30,889 bases of DNA from a virus (lineage: Duplodnaviria > Heunggongvirae > Uroviricota > Caudoviricetes). The stretch lies in IMG/VR virus record IMGVR_UViG_3300031134_000466; one strand, given 5' to 3'. The translations under genes were made by a program, and so were the position numbers. This document shows positions 1-9,000 of the stretch, one piece after another (position 1 is the stretch's first letter; every line of letters starts with the position of its first letter). The notes beneath the pieces are model-generated. The model saw only the letters and a list, made by a program, of their open reading frames with translations, made no database searches and had not been told where the DNA came from.

Positions 1-1
1 T

Positions 2-775
2 CGTAAGACACTTCTGACTTTAGCTATTGCAGTAGGAGCTCTCTATCTTTTGAACGCTGCTGTAATCTTCTTCTCCAAGCCTGTTTCTGTCCAGTTTGAT
101 AGTTCCGCTTCTCGATCTTTCAAAGATTTTGGTTCAGTGTCAATTCGCTTGGTCGAAGACTTACACTCTGGAGGAGTAGGTCCTTGGTCAGCTTCTGTGA
201 TGGGATATGTGAACGTTATGGATGACTCTCAGATCATCTATGTCAAAAAGGAGAACGTGAACAGCGACTTCTCTCAAGCCAGCTTGTTGTACAAACACGA
301 ATTTGCTCATGTGCTGCAAAAAGAGATGGTTGCAGAGAAAGCTGGCGGCTATCCAACCTATGTGAATCCTCTGCAGTCAGCTGTTTACTACTATCATCTG
401 TTACAGCTGAATCATGATTTCGAAATGTTGATGCCAGACGTCAACAAAACAACCCGACCATTCTTACCTTCCGCTGGGTTAGAAGCCGCAGCCGAATGTT
501 ATGCTCAGCCACGTTCAGGACCTGAAGAAGTCGTTTACTACAAAGCCCATTACCTGTACCCTGAATACTGCACTGCGGAACAAAGGATGATTGCCATCAA
601 AATGATTTCTGGGACCTGGCCAGCACCTTTGTCGCCGGAAGAGAAAGCTAAGCTTCAAAAAGAGAACATTATTACTGAGAAGCCTTCAGTAAACTTACAA
701 GAAAGTATCGATAAGATTCTCGATATTTCTTTGCAATTGGTCAAAGAAACGCAAAATCAGCAGGATAATCAGTAA
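2..775 (+). CDS. Membrane-anchored HExxH zinc metallopeptidase-like protein, 5' truncated at window edge
   Basis: The frame is open from position 2 (RKTLLTLAIAVGALYLLNAAVIFF, a hydrophobic anchor), upstream of the track start at 50. It contains YKHEFAHVLQ (HExxH) and a downstream EAAAECY (possible third Zn ligand). Confidence 0.6.
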   Translation, partial: RKTLLTLAIAVGALYLLNAAVIFFSKPVSVQFDSSASRSFKDFGSVSIRLVEDLHSGGVGPWSASVMGYVNVMDDSQIIYVKKENVNSDFSQASLLYKHEFAHVLQKEMVAEKAGGYPTYVNPLQSAVYYYHLLQLNHDFEMLMPDVNKTTRPFLPSAGLEAAAECYAQPRSGPEEVVYYKAHYLYPEYCTAEQRMIAIKMISGTWPAPLSPEEKAKLQKENIITEKPSVNLQESIDKILDISLQLVKETQNQQDNQ

Positions 776-1071
776 TCTCTTTGCTGTGCAAGTTTACGTC
801 CCTCTTGACGACGTTCTTTCTTTTTACTCTCTTTGCCCCACTGGTCAGTACACATAGGGCAACCACAGATATTATGGCCAGAATATCCCCAATCGTAACG
901 ACAGTTCAAAGCACGCCATTGCTCATGTGTGAGTTTCAACTGTTCGACAGGAGAAGCGGGAAGGGAACATTCAAATTCTGAATGGTCGTGATTTTCAACA
1001 GCATCAACAGCTTTGTCTTCTTTATCGCTGATTCGTACCATCAAAGGGCGAGTTTTCCATGTTTTACTCAT
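769..1071 (-). CDS. Hypothetical Cys/His-rich small protein
   Basis: 100-aa ORF with HDH..C and C..CGCPMC motifs. CCGATA lies 10 nt upstream of the ATG. It is convergent with and slightly overlaps the upstream gene. Confidence 0.7.
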   Translation of the reverse strand: MSKTWKTRPLMVRISDKEDKAVDAVENHDHSEFECSLPASPVEQLKLTHEQWRALNCRYDWGYSGHNICGCPMCTDQWGKESKKKERRQEGRKLAQQRDY

Positions 1072-1081
1072 GATGTTAGTT

Positions 1082-1087
1082 TATCGG
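1082..1087 (-). promoter_or_regulatory. CCGATA promoter motif (leaderless spacing)
   Basis: TATCGG on + strand; on - strand CCGATA-N10-ATG(1071). Confidence 0.55.
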
Positions 1088-1164
1088 ATAAAATAGGTGA
1101 AGCCCGGAAACAAAACAACACCAATAAACGTTAACAAGAACGACACATGAAAAAGGCTCTCAGT

Positions 1165-1194
1165 TTTACTTTACCTGGGTGTATGTGTTATGAT
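1165..1194 (+). promoter_or_regulatory. sigmaA-type promoter for clpC operon
   Basis: TTTACT-N18-TATGAT with TG extended -10; SD-like AAGGAAG at 1211-1217. Confidence 0.55.
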
Positions 1195-1226
1195 TACGTG
1201 AACCACATAGAAGGAAGTATGGTTTT

Positions 1227-3722
1227 ATGAACGACCGTTTTACGGACACCACAAGTCAGATTATCCGCCGAGCCATCGCCCTTGCTACTGAAGCTGGAGC
1301 TGGTCAGACTGGAAGTGAATACATTCTTCTTGCTCTTACCGAACACTCCAGCACTAAAGCAAAGTTTGACTCCGTTGGTGTTACCACTGAGACATTAGCT
1401 CAGGTTATCGCCACCGCCTATGCTCCAACTGGGAACAGTAACACTGCTCCTGGTTTCGATCAGGACACTAAGAACATCATTGAGAAGTCCTTCTTCTTCG
1501 CTCTCAACATCGGAGGTAAGAAGAAAGTAACAACCGACTTCCTCATTCTGTCTGTACTTCGAAACACTGAATCACACGCTTACCGTTGCCTGACAATGCT
1601 TGCAGTGGACATTGCTCAGCTTGAGACTGTTGTGCTGGCAAGCATCAAAGCCAACGATGGTGAAGAGCGCTCTCCTGAAGATACTCCTACATTCGCGGGT
1701 ACCGCTACACCAGGCTCTCCAGTAAGTCTGGCTGGTTCGAACAAGAAGACTGCTACCCTGGAACAGTTCGCTACAAACCTTTCACAGCTTGCCCGTGAAG
1801 GAAAGCTTGACCCTGTTGTGGGCCGAAGCAAAGAAATTGAGCGCACCCTTCAGGTTCTTTCCCGTCGAACCAAGAACAACCCTATTCTCGTTGGTGAGCC
1901 TGGTGTCGGTAAAACAGCTATCGTTGAAGGCTTAGCTCAGGCTTTGCTGAACTCTGACAGTCTTCCCGACTCGGTGAAAGAGCGTGATGTGTGGTCGCTC
2001 GACTTAGCTGGTATCCTTGCTGGAACAAAATATCGTGGTGATTTTGAGCAGCGTCTGAAGAAACTTGTTCAGGAAATTCAGGATTCGAACGTCATTGTGT
2101 TCATTGACGAAATCCATTCTCTCATCACTGCTGGTGGTGGAGAAGGTTCACTGAACGCTGCTAACATCCTGAAGCCTGTATTGGCTCGTGGCGAAATGCA
2201 GACAATCGGTGCAACAACGTATGATGAGTACCGTAAGCACTTCGAGAAAGATGCAGCTATGGCTCGTCGTTTCCAGCAGGTCGATGTTGTTGAGCCTACT
2301 ATTCTTGAAGCTGTTCAGATTCTGAAAGGTCTGCGTAGCGAATACGAGAAGCACCACAACATCACTTTGACTGACAAAGCAATCGAAGCGTCTGTGACTC
2401 TTTCTTCCCGATACGTTCCTGACCGCTTCCTTCCTGACAAGGCAATTGACTTGATGGACGAAGCTGGTGCCCGTGCCAAAATCAATCGCCTTAGCACTCC
2501 TCCTGAGGTGAAAGAGCTTGAGCTGGAACTTGTTGGTCTAATTACAAAGAAAGAAGCAGCTATCACAGCTGAAGACTTCCTTCTTGCAGCTGACTTGAGG
2601 GCTCAGGAGAGCAAGCTGAAAGAAGCTATCTCTGCTGAAGTGCAGAAAAACACTACATCAGATGAGCCTACCCTTGTCACTGATGTTGAGATTGCTGCCG
2701 TTCTGACTGCTGCTACAGGTATCCCTGTTACCTTGCTGACTGATGACAGCAAGCGTCTCATGAGCATGGAAACTGAGCTTGCTGCCCGAGTAATTGGTCA
2801 GAAAGCTGCTATCCAGGCTATCTCTAAGACTGTTCGCCGTCAGCGTGCAGGGCTGAAAGACCCTAACCGTCCTGCTGGTTCGTTCATTTTCGCTGGACCG
2901 ACAGGAGTGGGTAAGACTGAGCTTGCAAAAGCTCTTGCTGAGTTCTTGTTCCATGAAGACTCTGCACTCATTTCATTGGACATGTCTGAGTATGGTGAGA
3001 AGCACACTGTTTCTCGTCTGTTCGGAGCCCCTCCCGGTTATGTTGGACACGAAGAAGGTGGTCAGCTGACTGAACGTGTTCGTCGTAAGCCTTACAGCGT
3101 GATTCTGTTTGACGAGATTGAAAAAGCTCATCCTGACATCTTTAACCCGCTTCTGCAGGTCCTTGAGGAAGGTCGTCTCACTGACGGTCAGGGTCGAGTG
3201 ATTGATTTCAAGAACACCATCATCATCATGACAACCAACCTTGGTGCACGTCAGATTGCTTCAGGTTCTGTCGGATTCCAGGTTCTGGGTGACACAGGTG
3301 CAACATACAACACAATGAAGAACAAAGTTCTGACAGAGCTGAAGCAGGAATTCAAACCTGAGTTCCTGAACCGTCTTGACGACATTGTTGTATTCCCTCA
3401 CCTGAACACCGAAGAGCTTGTCGAAATCATCGATGTGTTCATTGCTCGTTTGAATGTGCGTCTTTCCACTGCTGGTGTAACAGTTGATTTGACTGCTGCT
3501 GCCAAAAAGCATGTTGTGACTGTTGGCTATGACCAGTCGTTGGGTGCTCGCCCCTTGCGTCGTGCTATGCAGCAGCTTGTAGAAGATGGTATTAGTGAGA
3601 TGTTGCTGTTCGATATGTTCACCGAGAACAAAGCAGTCGTGGTCGATTTTGTCGACGGAGCTTTGACCTTCAACGGTGTTACCCGTGAGCAGATTGGCTC
3701 CACGGAGGCTTTGGAAGCATGA
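1227..3722 (+). CDS. clpC: ATP-dependent Clp protease ATP-binding subunit, ClpC-type
   Basis: Two AAA+ modules ([25 protein letters not shown]; [17 protein letters not shown]), a UVR-like coiled coil ([16 protein letters not shown]), a VGF ClpP-docking loop and a divergent Clp-N domain. Confidence 0.95.
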   Translation: MNDRFTDTTSQIIRRAIALATEAGAGQTGSEYILLALTEHSSTKAKFDSVGVTTETLAQVIATAYAPTGNSNTAPGFDQDTKNIIEKSFFFALNIGGKKKVTTDFLILSVLRNTESHAYRCLTMLAVDIAQLETVVLASIKANDGEERSPEDTPTFAGTATPGSPVSLAGSNKKTATLEQFATNLSQLAREGKLDPVVGRSKEIERTLQVLSRRTKNNPILVGEPGVGKTAIVEGLAQALLNSDSLPDSVKERDVWSLDLAGILAGTKYRGDFEQRLKKLVQEIQDSNVIVFIDEIHSLITAGGGEGSLNAANILKPVLARGEMQTIGATTYDEYRKHFEKDAAMARRFQQVDVVEPTILEAVQILKGLRSEYEKHHNITLTDKAIEASVTLSSRYVPDRFLPDKAIDLMDEAGARAKINRLSTPPEVKELELELVGLITKKEAAITAEDFLLAADLRAQESKLKEAISAEVQKNTTSDEPTLVTDVEIAAVLTAATGIPVTLLTDDSKRLMSMETELAARVIGQKAAIQAISKTVRRQRAGLKDPNRPAGSFIFAGPTGVGKTELAKALAEFLFHEDSALISLDMSEYGEKHTVSRLFGAPPGYVGHEEGGQLTERVRRKPYSVILFDEIEKAHPDIFNPLLQVLEEGRLTDGQGRVIDFKNTIIIMTTNLGARQIASGSVGFQVLGDTGATYNTMKNKVLTELKQEFKPEFLNRLDDIVVFPHLNTEELVEIIDVFIARLNVRLSTAGVTVDLTAAAKKHVVTVGYDQSLGARPLRRAMQQLVEDGISEMLLFDMFTENKAVVVDFVDGALTFNGVTREQIGSTEALEA

Positions 3723-4297
3723 GCCGCTTAGAAGCCGCAGTGTGTTCCCGTTTGCAGGAAGCAGGCTTACCTACCGCAGGTATCCTGAAGCTTGCATCCA
3801 GGAACCCTGCGGCTTCTTTGCCGTACCATAACAATGAACATAACTATGTGTTTGCAGTAAATGCTTACGACATCGGTGTCCAACTTGGATACAACTCTTA
3901 TGATTTGCGACATCTTCTGGTTGCTGGAATATTTCATGACTATGGCCACACTGGCACAGCTGGTCCTGACTCTGATAATATTCGTAAAGCTTTGAAGTTC
4001 ATTGATTTCTATGAAGTGTTCTTTTCTGTTGAATGCAGGTTGACACCCGCCTATTTGAAGCAACTTATTCAGGCAACAGAAAATCCTGGTAGGCAAATGT
4101 ACCGACCTGTTGAGCAAATCATGAGAGACGCTGACATGATGGGTTGGTGTGAGTCAGATACGTCGTCTATGATGTCAGGACTCTCAAAAGAGCTGGGGAT
4201 ACCAGTTACTGCTCACAGTACAAAACAATTTCTTAGTAACCTGCGAATCTACACTTCACCAGCGAAGAAGAAACTTATTGTTGCAGGATGGCTGTAA
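3719..4297 (+). CDS. HD-domain phosphohydrolase with class I phosphodiesterase-like motifs
   Basis: PYHNNEH, AGIFHDYGHTG, IMRDADM; ATGA overlap with the clpC stop (translational coupling). Confidence 0.8.
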   Translation: MSRLEAAVCSRLQEAGLPTAGILKLASRNPAASLPYHNNEHNYVFAVNAYDIGVQLGYNSYDLRHLLVAGIFHDYGHTGTAGPDSDNIRKALKFIDFYEVFFSVECRLTPAYLKQLIQATENPGRQMYRPVEQIMRDADMMGWCESDTSSMMSGLSKELGIPVTAHSTKQFLSNLRIYTSPAKKKLIVAGWL

Positions 4298-4317
4298 TAG
4301 TGTTATCCTGAGATAAT

Positions 4318-4962
4318 ATGATTAAAGAAATTTACATCTCAGTAGACATTGAAGCAGACGGTCCAATCCCAGGACCTTACTCCATGACAGCTCTGGGAGC
4401 TGTTGTAGCGGGCTATCAGACCCAGGATGGGCAGGTTGTCAAGTTTGACGTGACAGCCCCTGAGAATCGATTCTACGCCGAATTGAAGCCTATTTCTGAC
4501 GAATGGCAGCGTGACGCCATGAAAGTTGGAGTGTTTGAGAACTTTGGCGTAGAAGCATCAGCGAAGGACACAACAGGTGAGCTTCGAAGAGCTTACATTA
4601 TCGAACACGGCGAAGACCCAGTTGATGCTATGACGCGTTTCTCGGAATGGGTTGAAGCTAAAAAAGTAGAGCATGACACCACTAACGCAATTTTTGCGGC
4701 TTACCCTTTGGGCTTTGACTTCATGTTCACCTACTGGTATGCCGTGAGGTTCTCAAAGAACGGTTCGCCATTTGGCTTCTCTCGCCATCTGGACATCAAA
4801 ACCGAGTTCAAAACACGAGCAAACACTCTCATCTCGCGTTCCACTAAAAGGTTTATGCCTAAGAAGCTGAAATCTACTCTGCCTCACACTCATCTTGCTG
4901 TTCAGGATGCAGCCGAGCAGGGTGAACTTCTCATGAACATTCTCACCTGGGACGGCAAGTAG
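4318..4962 (+). CDS. DEDD-family 3'-5' exonuclease
   Basis: ExoI SVDIEADG, ExoII GFDFMF, ExoIII HLAVQDA. Confidence 0.85.
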   Translation: MIKEIYISVDIEADGPIPGPYSMTALGAVVAGYQTQDGQVVKFDVTAPENRFYAELKPISDEWQRDAMKVGVFENFGVEASAKDTTGELRRAYIIEHGEDPVDAMTRFSEWVEAKKVEHDTTNAIFAAYPLGFDFMFTYWYAVRFSKNGSPFGFSRHLDIKTEFKTRANTLISRSTKRFMPKKLKSTLPHTHLAVQDAAEQGELLMNILTWDGK

Positions 4963-4968
4963 AATCCT

Positions 4969-5021
4969 AAGAATGGGGAGTGAATACATGGATTGCATAA
5001 CTGTATTCACTCCCCATTCTT
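4969..5021. repeat. 20-bp perfect inverted repeat (terminator or operator)
   Basis: AAGAATGGGGAGTGAATACA (4969-4988), 13-nt spacer, TGTATTCACTCCCCATTCTT (5002-5021), directly after the exonuclease stop. Confidence 0.8.
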
Positions 5022-5031
5022 CTATAAAAGA

Positions 5032-5037
5032 CCGATA
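5032..5037 (+). promoter_or_regulatory. CCGATA promoter motif (leaderless spacing)
   Basis: CCGATA-N8-ATG(5046); no SD upstream. Confidence 0.55.
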
Positions 5038-5045
5038 CACTCATT

Positions 5046-5561
5046 ATGACAGATTACAATTTCAACCCAGTCACACCAGAACCCCATGGTCAGCCAAATC
5101 TGAAAAAATCTGACCCAGAGCAGCCAAATTATTACAGCTCTCCTCAGCCACAAGCTTCTGCCCCACAAGCTCCTGTTAATCAGGGTCCTTACCCTCAAGG
5201 GCCGTATCCTCAGAACCCTTACCAGCCGCAGCAAAATCAGTATGGATACTCACAGAATCCTTACATGGCACAAAACCAGCAAGCATATAATCAGCCTGTG
5301 TATCAGCAGGGTTCGACTAACGTTTTAGCTGTTATTGCTTTAGTTGCAGGAATTGCTCAAGTCATACTTTCTTTCATCGGTGCCATTGCAGCTGTTGTCT
5401 TAGGTCACATTGCTTTAGCTCAGATTAAAAAGACTGGAGATAACGGTTACGGATTAGCGCTTACCGGTCTTATCTTAGGCTACCTTGGTATTGTTCTTAG
5501 CGTGTTGTTCATTGGATACTTAGTAGTAGTAAGTGCTGCTGGGTACTCATCTGGATACTAA
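5046..5561 (+). CDS. DUF4190-family membrane protein with Pro/Gln/Tyr-rich N-terminus
   Basis: [12 protein letters not shown]...[28 protein letters not shown] is the typical actinobacterial DUF4190 pattern; [14 protein letters not shown] repeats. Confidence 0.85.
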   Translation: MTDYNFNPVTPEPHGQPNLKKSDPEQPNYYSSPQPQASAPQAPVNQGPYPQGPYPQNPYQPQQNQYGYSQNPYMAQNQQAYNQPVYQQGSTNVLAVIALVAGIAQVILSFIGAIAAVVLGHIALAQIKKTGDNGYGLALTGLILGYLGIVLSVLFIGYLVVVSAAGYSSGY

Positions 5562-5568
5562 AAGCACA

Positions 5569-5608
5569 ATAAGGAAAGCCCCTCAGATATCTGAGGGGCT
5601 TTCCTTAT
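5569..5608. terminator. Bidirectional intrinsic terminator (40-bp perfect palindrome)
   Basis: ATAAGGAAAGCCCCTCAGAT|ATCTGAGGGGCTTTCCTTAT between convergent genes. Confidence 0.85.
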
Positions 5609-5613
5609 ACTAT

Positions 5614-6408
5614 TTAGCAGTCACCATAAAGATACTGAGGAGCTCCAATGGATTTCACAACACCATTTTCTCCACTATAAATACTTCCAGCAGCGTTCAT
5701 GTCGTTACCTTCAGGCAAAGGTTTTACTGTTGGTTCAGCCATGGCTTTTGCCCATTCTTGAATCTTACCGCTACCATAAGGGTATTCAGCTTTACTCTCT
5801 TCATGAAGAAGGTTAGGGTTCTTGTTTACATAGTCCCAGTATGAGAATCCAACCTGCACGCCATTAGGAGCTTGAATGACTCGCTCATAGTTTTGGTTTG
5901 GTTCACTGGTGCCGGCGAAGAAAGATTCAGTCTGGTTAGGGTCTTGAGTTGATGTATAAAAAGAGATACGCATGTTATCCCATTTGTAGATGTTCAACTC
6001 TCCATAGCAAACTTGGTTGCCTGTATATTCTGTTTCGGGTTCAAAACCGTATAAGTCTGTCAGGGCAGCAATTGCTTTGACAGGAGTGTCTTCGTAGTTG
6101 AAGCTTTGTAGAGTCTTACCTCCCAGATTTTCAAAACGCAGTTCATCTGCACCAATCTCAACTACTGTTGTTTTAATTGGTGCAGGCTCTGGAGCAGGAG
6201 CTGGAGCTGGTTGCTGAGTTGGAGGAACTGAGGGTGAAGGAGTAGAAGTTTGGGTAGGTGCTGGTGTGGGTGTAGCCGTTTTTGTTGGTGCAGGTTTACT
6301 GCTTGAAGTTTTTGTAGGTGTTGGTTCGGGAGCATTGGCAGTACATCCAGTGAGCATAGCTACACTGAGTGTCAATACGATTGTGCTGAAAACGGCTTTA
6401 CGGTTCAT
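5614..6408 (-). CDS. Lipoprotein with Pro/Thr-rich linker
   Basis: Signal peptide II MNRK...AMLTGC (lipobox LTGC) followed by a PTPT/PAP-rich linker; SD AGAAAGAG. Confidence 0.85.
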   Translation of the reverse strand: MNRKAVFSTIVLTLSVAMLTGCTANAPEPTPTKTSSSKPAPTKTATPTPAPTQTSTPSPSVPPTQQPAPAPAPEPAPIKTTVVEIGADELRFENLGGKTLQSFNYEDTPVKAIAALTDLYGFEPETEYTGNQVCYGELNIYKWDNMRISFYTSTQDPNQTESFFAGTSEPNQNYERVIQAPNGVQVGFSYWDYVNKNPNLLHEESKAEYPYGSGKIQEWAKAMAEPTVKPLPEGNDMNAAGSIYSGENGVVKSIGAPQYLYGDC

Positions 6409-6432
6409 TTTTCTCTTTCTGTTTAACCGTGT

Positions 6433-6438
6433 TATCGG
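6433..6438 (-). promoter_or_regulatory. CCGATA promoter motif
   Basis: CCGATAA on - strand, 24 nt upstream of the lipoprotein ATG. Confidence 0.5.
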
Positions 6439-6677
6439 TGGATAGAAAGAACTTTTATATCGTCGTTATATCATCTTTATATTAGATACATCTGCAGGAT
6501 TACCCCAGGTCATCCTGCAGATTCGATTTGAACTGAGGTATTCCTAAAAGCGTTGCTATTATACACTTGTTGTATTTCTTTTGGGGTTCAGATGCTAATG
6601 TTCAATCCTGCATCTTGTCGGCATTCTATCTGCTTTGCTTGCTAATAGTTTTCTGTTCATTTAGCCAAGCTTGCAAC

Positions 6678-6685
6678 GTTAGAGA
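6678..6685 (+). promoter_or_regulatory. GTTAGRNA-N6-ATG leaderless motif
   Basis: GTTAGAGA-tagcgt-ATG(6692); 12-bp CGTTAGAGATAG identical to 11191-11202. Confidence 0.55.
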
Positions 6686-6691
6686 TAGCGT

Positions 6692-7711
6692 ATGTCCACA
6701 TTAACAATCCTTAGAGGAATTCCTGCTTCAGGTAAATCAACATACGCTCAGCAATGGGTTATGGAAGACCCTGATAACCGTGTCCGCATCAACCGTGATG
6801 ATATCCGTGAAGCTTTGACTGGATCAGCATCTAATCACAGTAGAGAAAAAGATGTCAGCCAGATGGAATTTGATCTTACCCAAAGAGCTCTCCGTGCAGG
6901 TAAAGATGTCATGTCTGACAACACCAACCTTTCTACTAAGTTCTTACCTAAAACAATCAAAGCAGCACAGCGTTTAGGTGCAACTGTAGAACACAAAGAC
7001 TTTCCAATTCCTTTGAAAGAAGCTCTACGTCGTAACGCCAACCGTGACCGTAAAGTTCCAGAAGATGTCATGAAACGCATGTACAGTAGATTAGGACCCA
7101 ACGGAGAGTTCCCTGTATTCCCTGGTTCATATCCAGTGAAGCCTTTCGTGAAACCTTCATCTAAAAAGCCTGCTGTATGCTTCGACATGGACGGTACCTT
7201 GAATGATGTTCGCGGAGTTCGACACTTCCTGCAAGGTCGTCAGCGTGACTTTGACTCATTCCACCGCATGAGCGAATTCGAACCAGCCAATGATGAAGTA
7301 TTGCAGATGGCCAAAGATGCCCATGAAGCTGGTTTTGCAGTTCTCATTACTACCGCTCGTAGCGAACCTTACCGTGAAACTACCCAAAAGTGGTTGGATG
7401 AACACAATGTTCCTTACGAGAACATTTATATGCGTCCAGAGTCTGACTTCCGTCCAGACTACGAAGTAAAGAAAGACATGTACAAAAACATCATCCGTCA
7501 CTATGATGTTGTGCGTTGCGTGGATGACAACCCACAAGCAATTCAGGCTTGGCGTGACTATGATGTTGCTGTAACTGTTGTTCCTTTCGTCAATGAAGCG
7601 ACAGGTCCAATCAGCATCAACAACGTCTTCCAAACTGGCAACTGTGTCCGCTGTGGTAAACCGTTCAAAGGTGAAGGCAGCTTAGGTCCAACTTGCAGAA
7701 CTAAAGCCTGA
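6692..7711 (+). CDS. T4 PseT-like polynucleotide 5'-kinase/3'-phosphatase with C-terminal Zn-finger
   Basis: P-loop GIPASGKST and RINRDDIR (AAA_33-type kinase); HAD motif FDMDGTL, TAR, DD; C-terminal CVRCGKPF...SLGPTC. Confidence 0.9.
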   Translation: MSTLTILRGIPASGKSTYAQQWVMEDPDNRVRINRDDIREALTGSASNHSREKDVSQMEFDLTQRALRAGKDVMSDNTNLSTKFLPKTIKAAQRLGATVEHKDFPIPLKEALRRNANRDRKVPEDVMKRMYSRLGPNGEFPVFPGSYPVKPFVKPSSKKPAVCFDMDGTLNDVRGVRHFLQGRQRDFDSFHRMSEFEPANDEVLQMAKDAHEAGFAVLITTARSEPYRETTQKWLDEHNVPYENIYMRPESDFRPDYEVKKDMYKNIIRHYDVVRCVDDNPQAIQAWRDYDVAVTVVPFVNEATGPISINNVFQTGNCVRCGKPFKGEGSLGPTCRTKA

Positions 7712-7718
7712 CTCTAAT

Positions 7719-7758
7719 AATAAAGAAAGCCCCTCATAATCGAGGGGCTTTCTTTATT
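7719..7758. terminator. Bidirectional intrinsic terminator
   Basis: AATAAAGAAAGCCCCTC-ataatc-GAGGGGCTTTCTTTATT between convergent genes. Confidence 0.85.
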
Positions 7759-8071
7759 TGGTCAGCTCATCAAGCTTTACCCATTCTTTAGGTAGAACAA
7801 TCTTAGGAGATGTTTTCATCTTTTCTTCAACTGCAGCTTTACCTACAAGGACACGATTCTTGCTTTTTGCAGTGAGATTAGTTTTTTCCAAAGCTTCGAT
7901 GGACACACGAATAAAGCTGGGTGAAACACTCTTCACTGCAGCACACATGTTCTCAAAGTTATGAACAGCACGCTCTTCAATCATCTTTTCCGCTTTAGTG
8001 ACTCTCGGAGGTTTGGGTGCTTTCTCTTTTGTTGCTTTTACGGCTTTAGTAGTTTTTGCTGTATCACTCAT
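7754..8071 (-). CDS. Hypothetical basic protein
   Basis: 105-aa Lys-rich ORF with SD-like AGAAAGAAG; downstream of 8096..8530 on the same strand. Confidence 0.7.
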   Translation of the reverse strand: MSDTAKTTKAVKATKEKAPKPPRVTKAEKMIEERAVHNFENMCAAVKSVSPSFIRVSIEALEKTNLTAKSKNRVLVGKAAVEEKMKTSPKIVLPKEWVKLDELTK

Positions 8072-8095
8072 ATTCTACTTCTTTCTAAAGGTAAG

Positions 8096-8530
8096 TTAGA
8101 GCTGCACGTATACACTGTGCTGGACAAGGTTTTCATCATAGTAGTAAACAGTGTACGACTTATACCTGTTGTGTTCGTAAGAGTACGCGTCTGTCACCCA
8201 GTAGAATGACCATTTAGGGTTTACATTCTTCCAAGGCTTCAGAGGCACTTCATCTTCATTTGCATATTCGTTAGAGTTTTTGAACCAGGCTCTGAACTCT
8301 GGAAGTTCATCGTAGTGCTCTCCGTCAGCCATGCCGTTAGGTTCGATTGCTGTCATTGCAGTCAGAGTCTCAATCAGGTTCTGCAAAGCGTACTCATCTT
8401 GGTCTTTGATGAAAGGACCAACGACGAAAGATTGGTAGCCTTCGTCATCTCCGATGATGGTTGTGATGTCTACTTCGAATGAGTTTCGGGTCTGCGGTTT
8501 AGGGGTGGCGTCTTTGATGACAAATTCCAT
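8096..8530 (-). CDS. Hypothetical acidic protein
   Basis: ORF track gives 8096..8545; ATG at 8530 preferred (GGAGAG SD). A sigmaA-like TTTGAA-N17-TAAACT lies upstream on the - strand (about 8562-8590). Confidence 0.7.
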   Translation of the reverse strand: MEFVIKDATPKPQTRNSFEVDITTIIGDDEGYQSFVVGPFIKDQDEYALQNLIETLTAMTAIEPNGMADGEHYDELPEFRAWFKNSNEYANEDEVPLKPWKNVNPKWSFYWVTDAYSYEHNRYKSYTVYYYDENLVQHSVYVQL

Positions 8531-8616
8531 GATGGTTCTCTCCAAGCCTTTTAGTTACCTTAGTTTACCACAATCTGACCCCTTTTCAAAGTCTTTCGAC
8601 CAGATGCGGTTCATGA

Positions 8617-8622
8617 CCGATA
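8617..8622 (+). promoter_or_regulatory. CCGATA promoter motif (leaderless spacing)
   Basis: CCGATA-N9-ATG(8632). Confidence 0.5.
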
Positions 8623-8631
8623 TCTCTATTC

Positions 8632-8814
8632 ATGGGAAATAAAACTGCCGATGAATCCTCTTATTTTGAACATGACAAGACTGTCTCTCTTGACGAGTTA
8701 GGTCCACCCAAACCGTACCTGGCCAGAGGTGTTGTCATTGCTCCATTAGTGGCTTTAGTGATTCTTGTTGTAGCTTCTATTGTCATCATGAAAATTCTTT
8801 CATCAGCAGTTTGA
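8632..8814 (+). CDS. Small single-pass membrane protein
   Basis: 60 aa with one C-terminal hydrophobic helix (GVVIAPLVALVILVVASIVIM). Confidence 0.65.
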   Translation: MGNKTADESSYFEHDKTVSLDELGPPKPYLARGVVIAPLVALVILVVASIVIMKILSSAV

Positions 8815-8823
8815 AAAAAGGAT

Positions 8824-8852
8824 TTGCATTCTGATTTAGAATGTGTTACAGT
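8824..8852 (+). promoter_or_regulatory. sigmaA-type promoter for the tRNA-like gene
   Basis: TTGCAT-N17-TACAGT with TG extension; palindrome CATTCT-N5-AGAATG (8827-8843) overlaps the -35 and spacer. Confidence 0.7.
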
Positions 8853-8871
8853 AGAGATAACAACAAAACAT

Positions 8872-9000
8872 GCCGCTGTAGTATTAGTTCGGTAGAACAT
8901 CTAATTGATTTGAGTAGGGTTGCAAACCTACATGAGTCATTCGTGGGAAAGCGCGCCAGCGAAAAAATAGAAGACACGGGTTCAAATCCCGTCAGCGGAA
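8872..9000 (+). tRNA. tRNA-like gene, probably tRNA-Ile(GAU) interrupted by a ~55-nt anticodon-loop insertion; no encoded CCA
   Basis: Acceptor (G)CCGCTG/CAGCGG(A); D arm GTATTAGTTCGGTAGAAC; anticodon stem TCTA/TAGA; T arm ACGGG-TTCAAAT-CCCGT; discriminator A then TCA. Removing 8910-8964 gives loop TT-GAT-AA. Confidence 0.7.

Noticed and set aside
1219-1230. Mini-ORF ATG GTT TTA TGA overlapping the clpC start
   Set aside because: Three codons with poor SD spacing; likely chance, and no supporting structure.
1616-3512. Antisense ORFs inside clpC (1616..1846, 2148..2357, 2315..2566, 2658..2954, 3261..3512)
   Set aside because: Shadow frames of a highly conserved gene; no SD or promoter and no recognisable motifs.
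8914-8931. Reading the gene as tRNA-Cys, because the insert hairpin loop contains TT-GCA-AA
   Set aside because: The stem gives an 8-nt loop or needs mismatches, it would leave an impossible arm geometry, and the discriminator is A (bacterial Cys uses U). Kept only as a curiosity within the insert.
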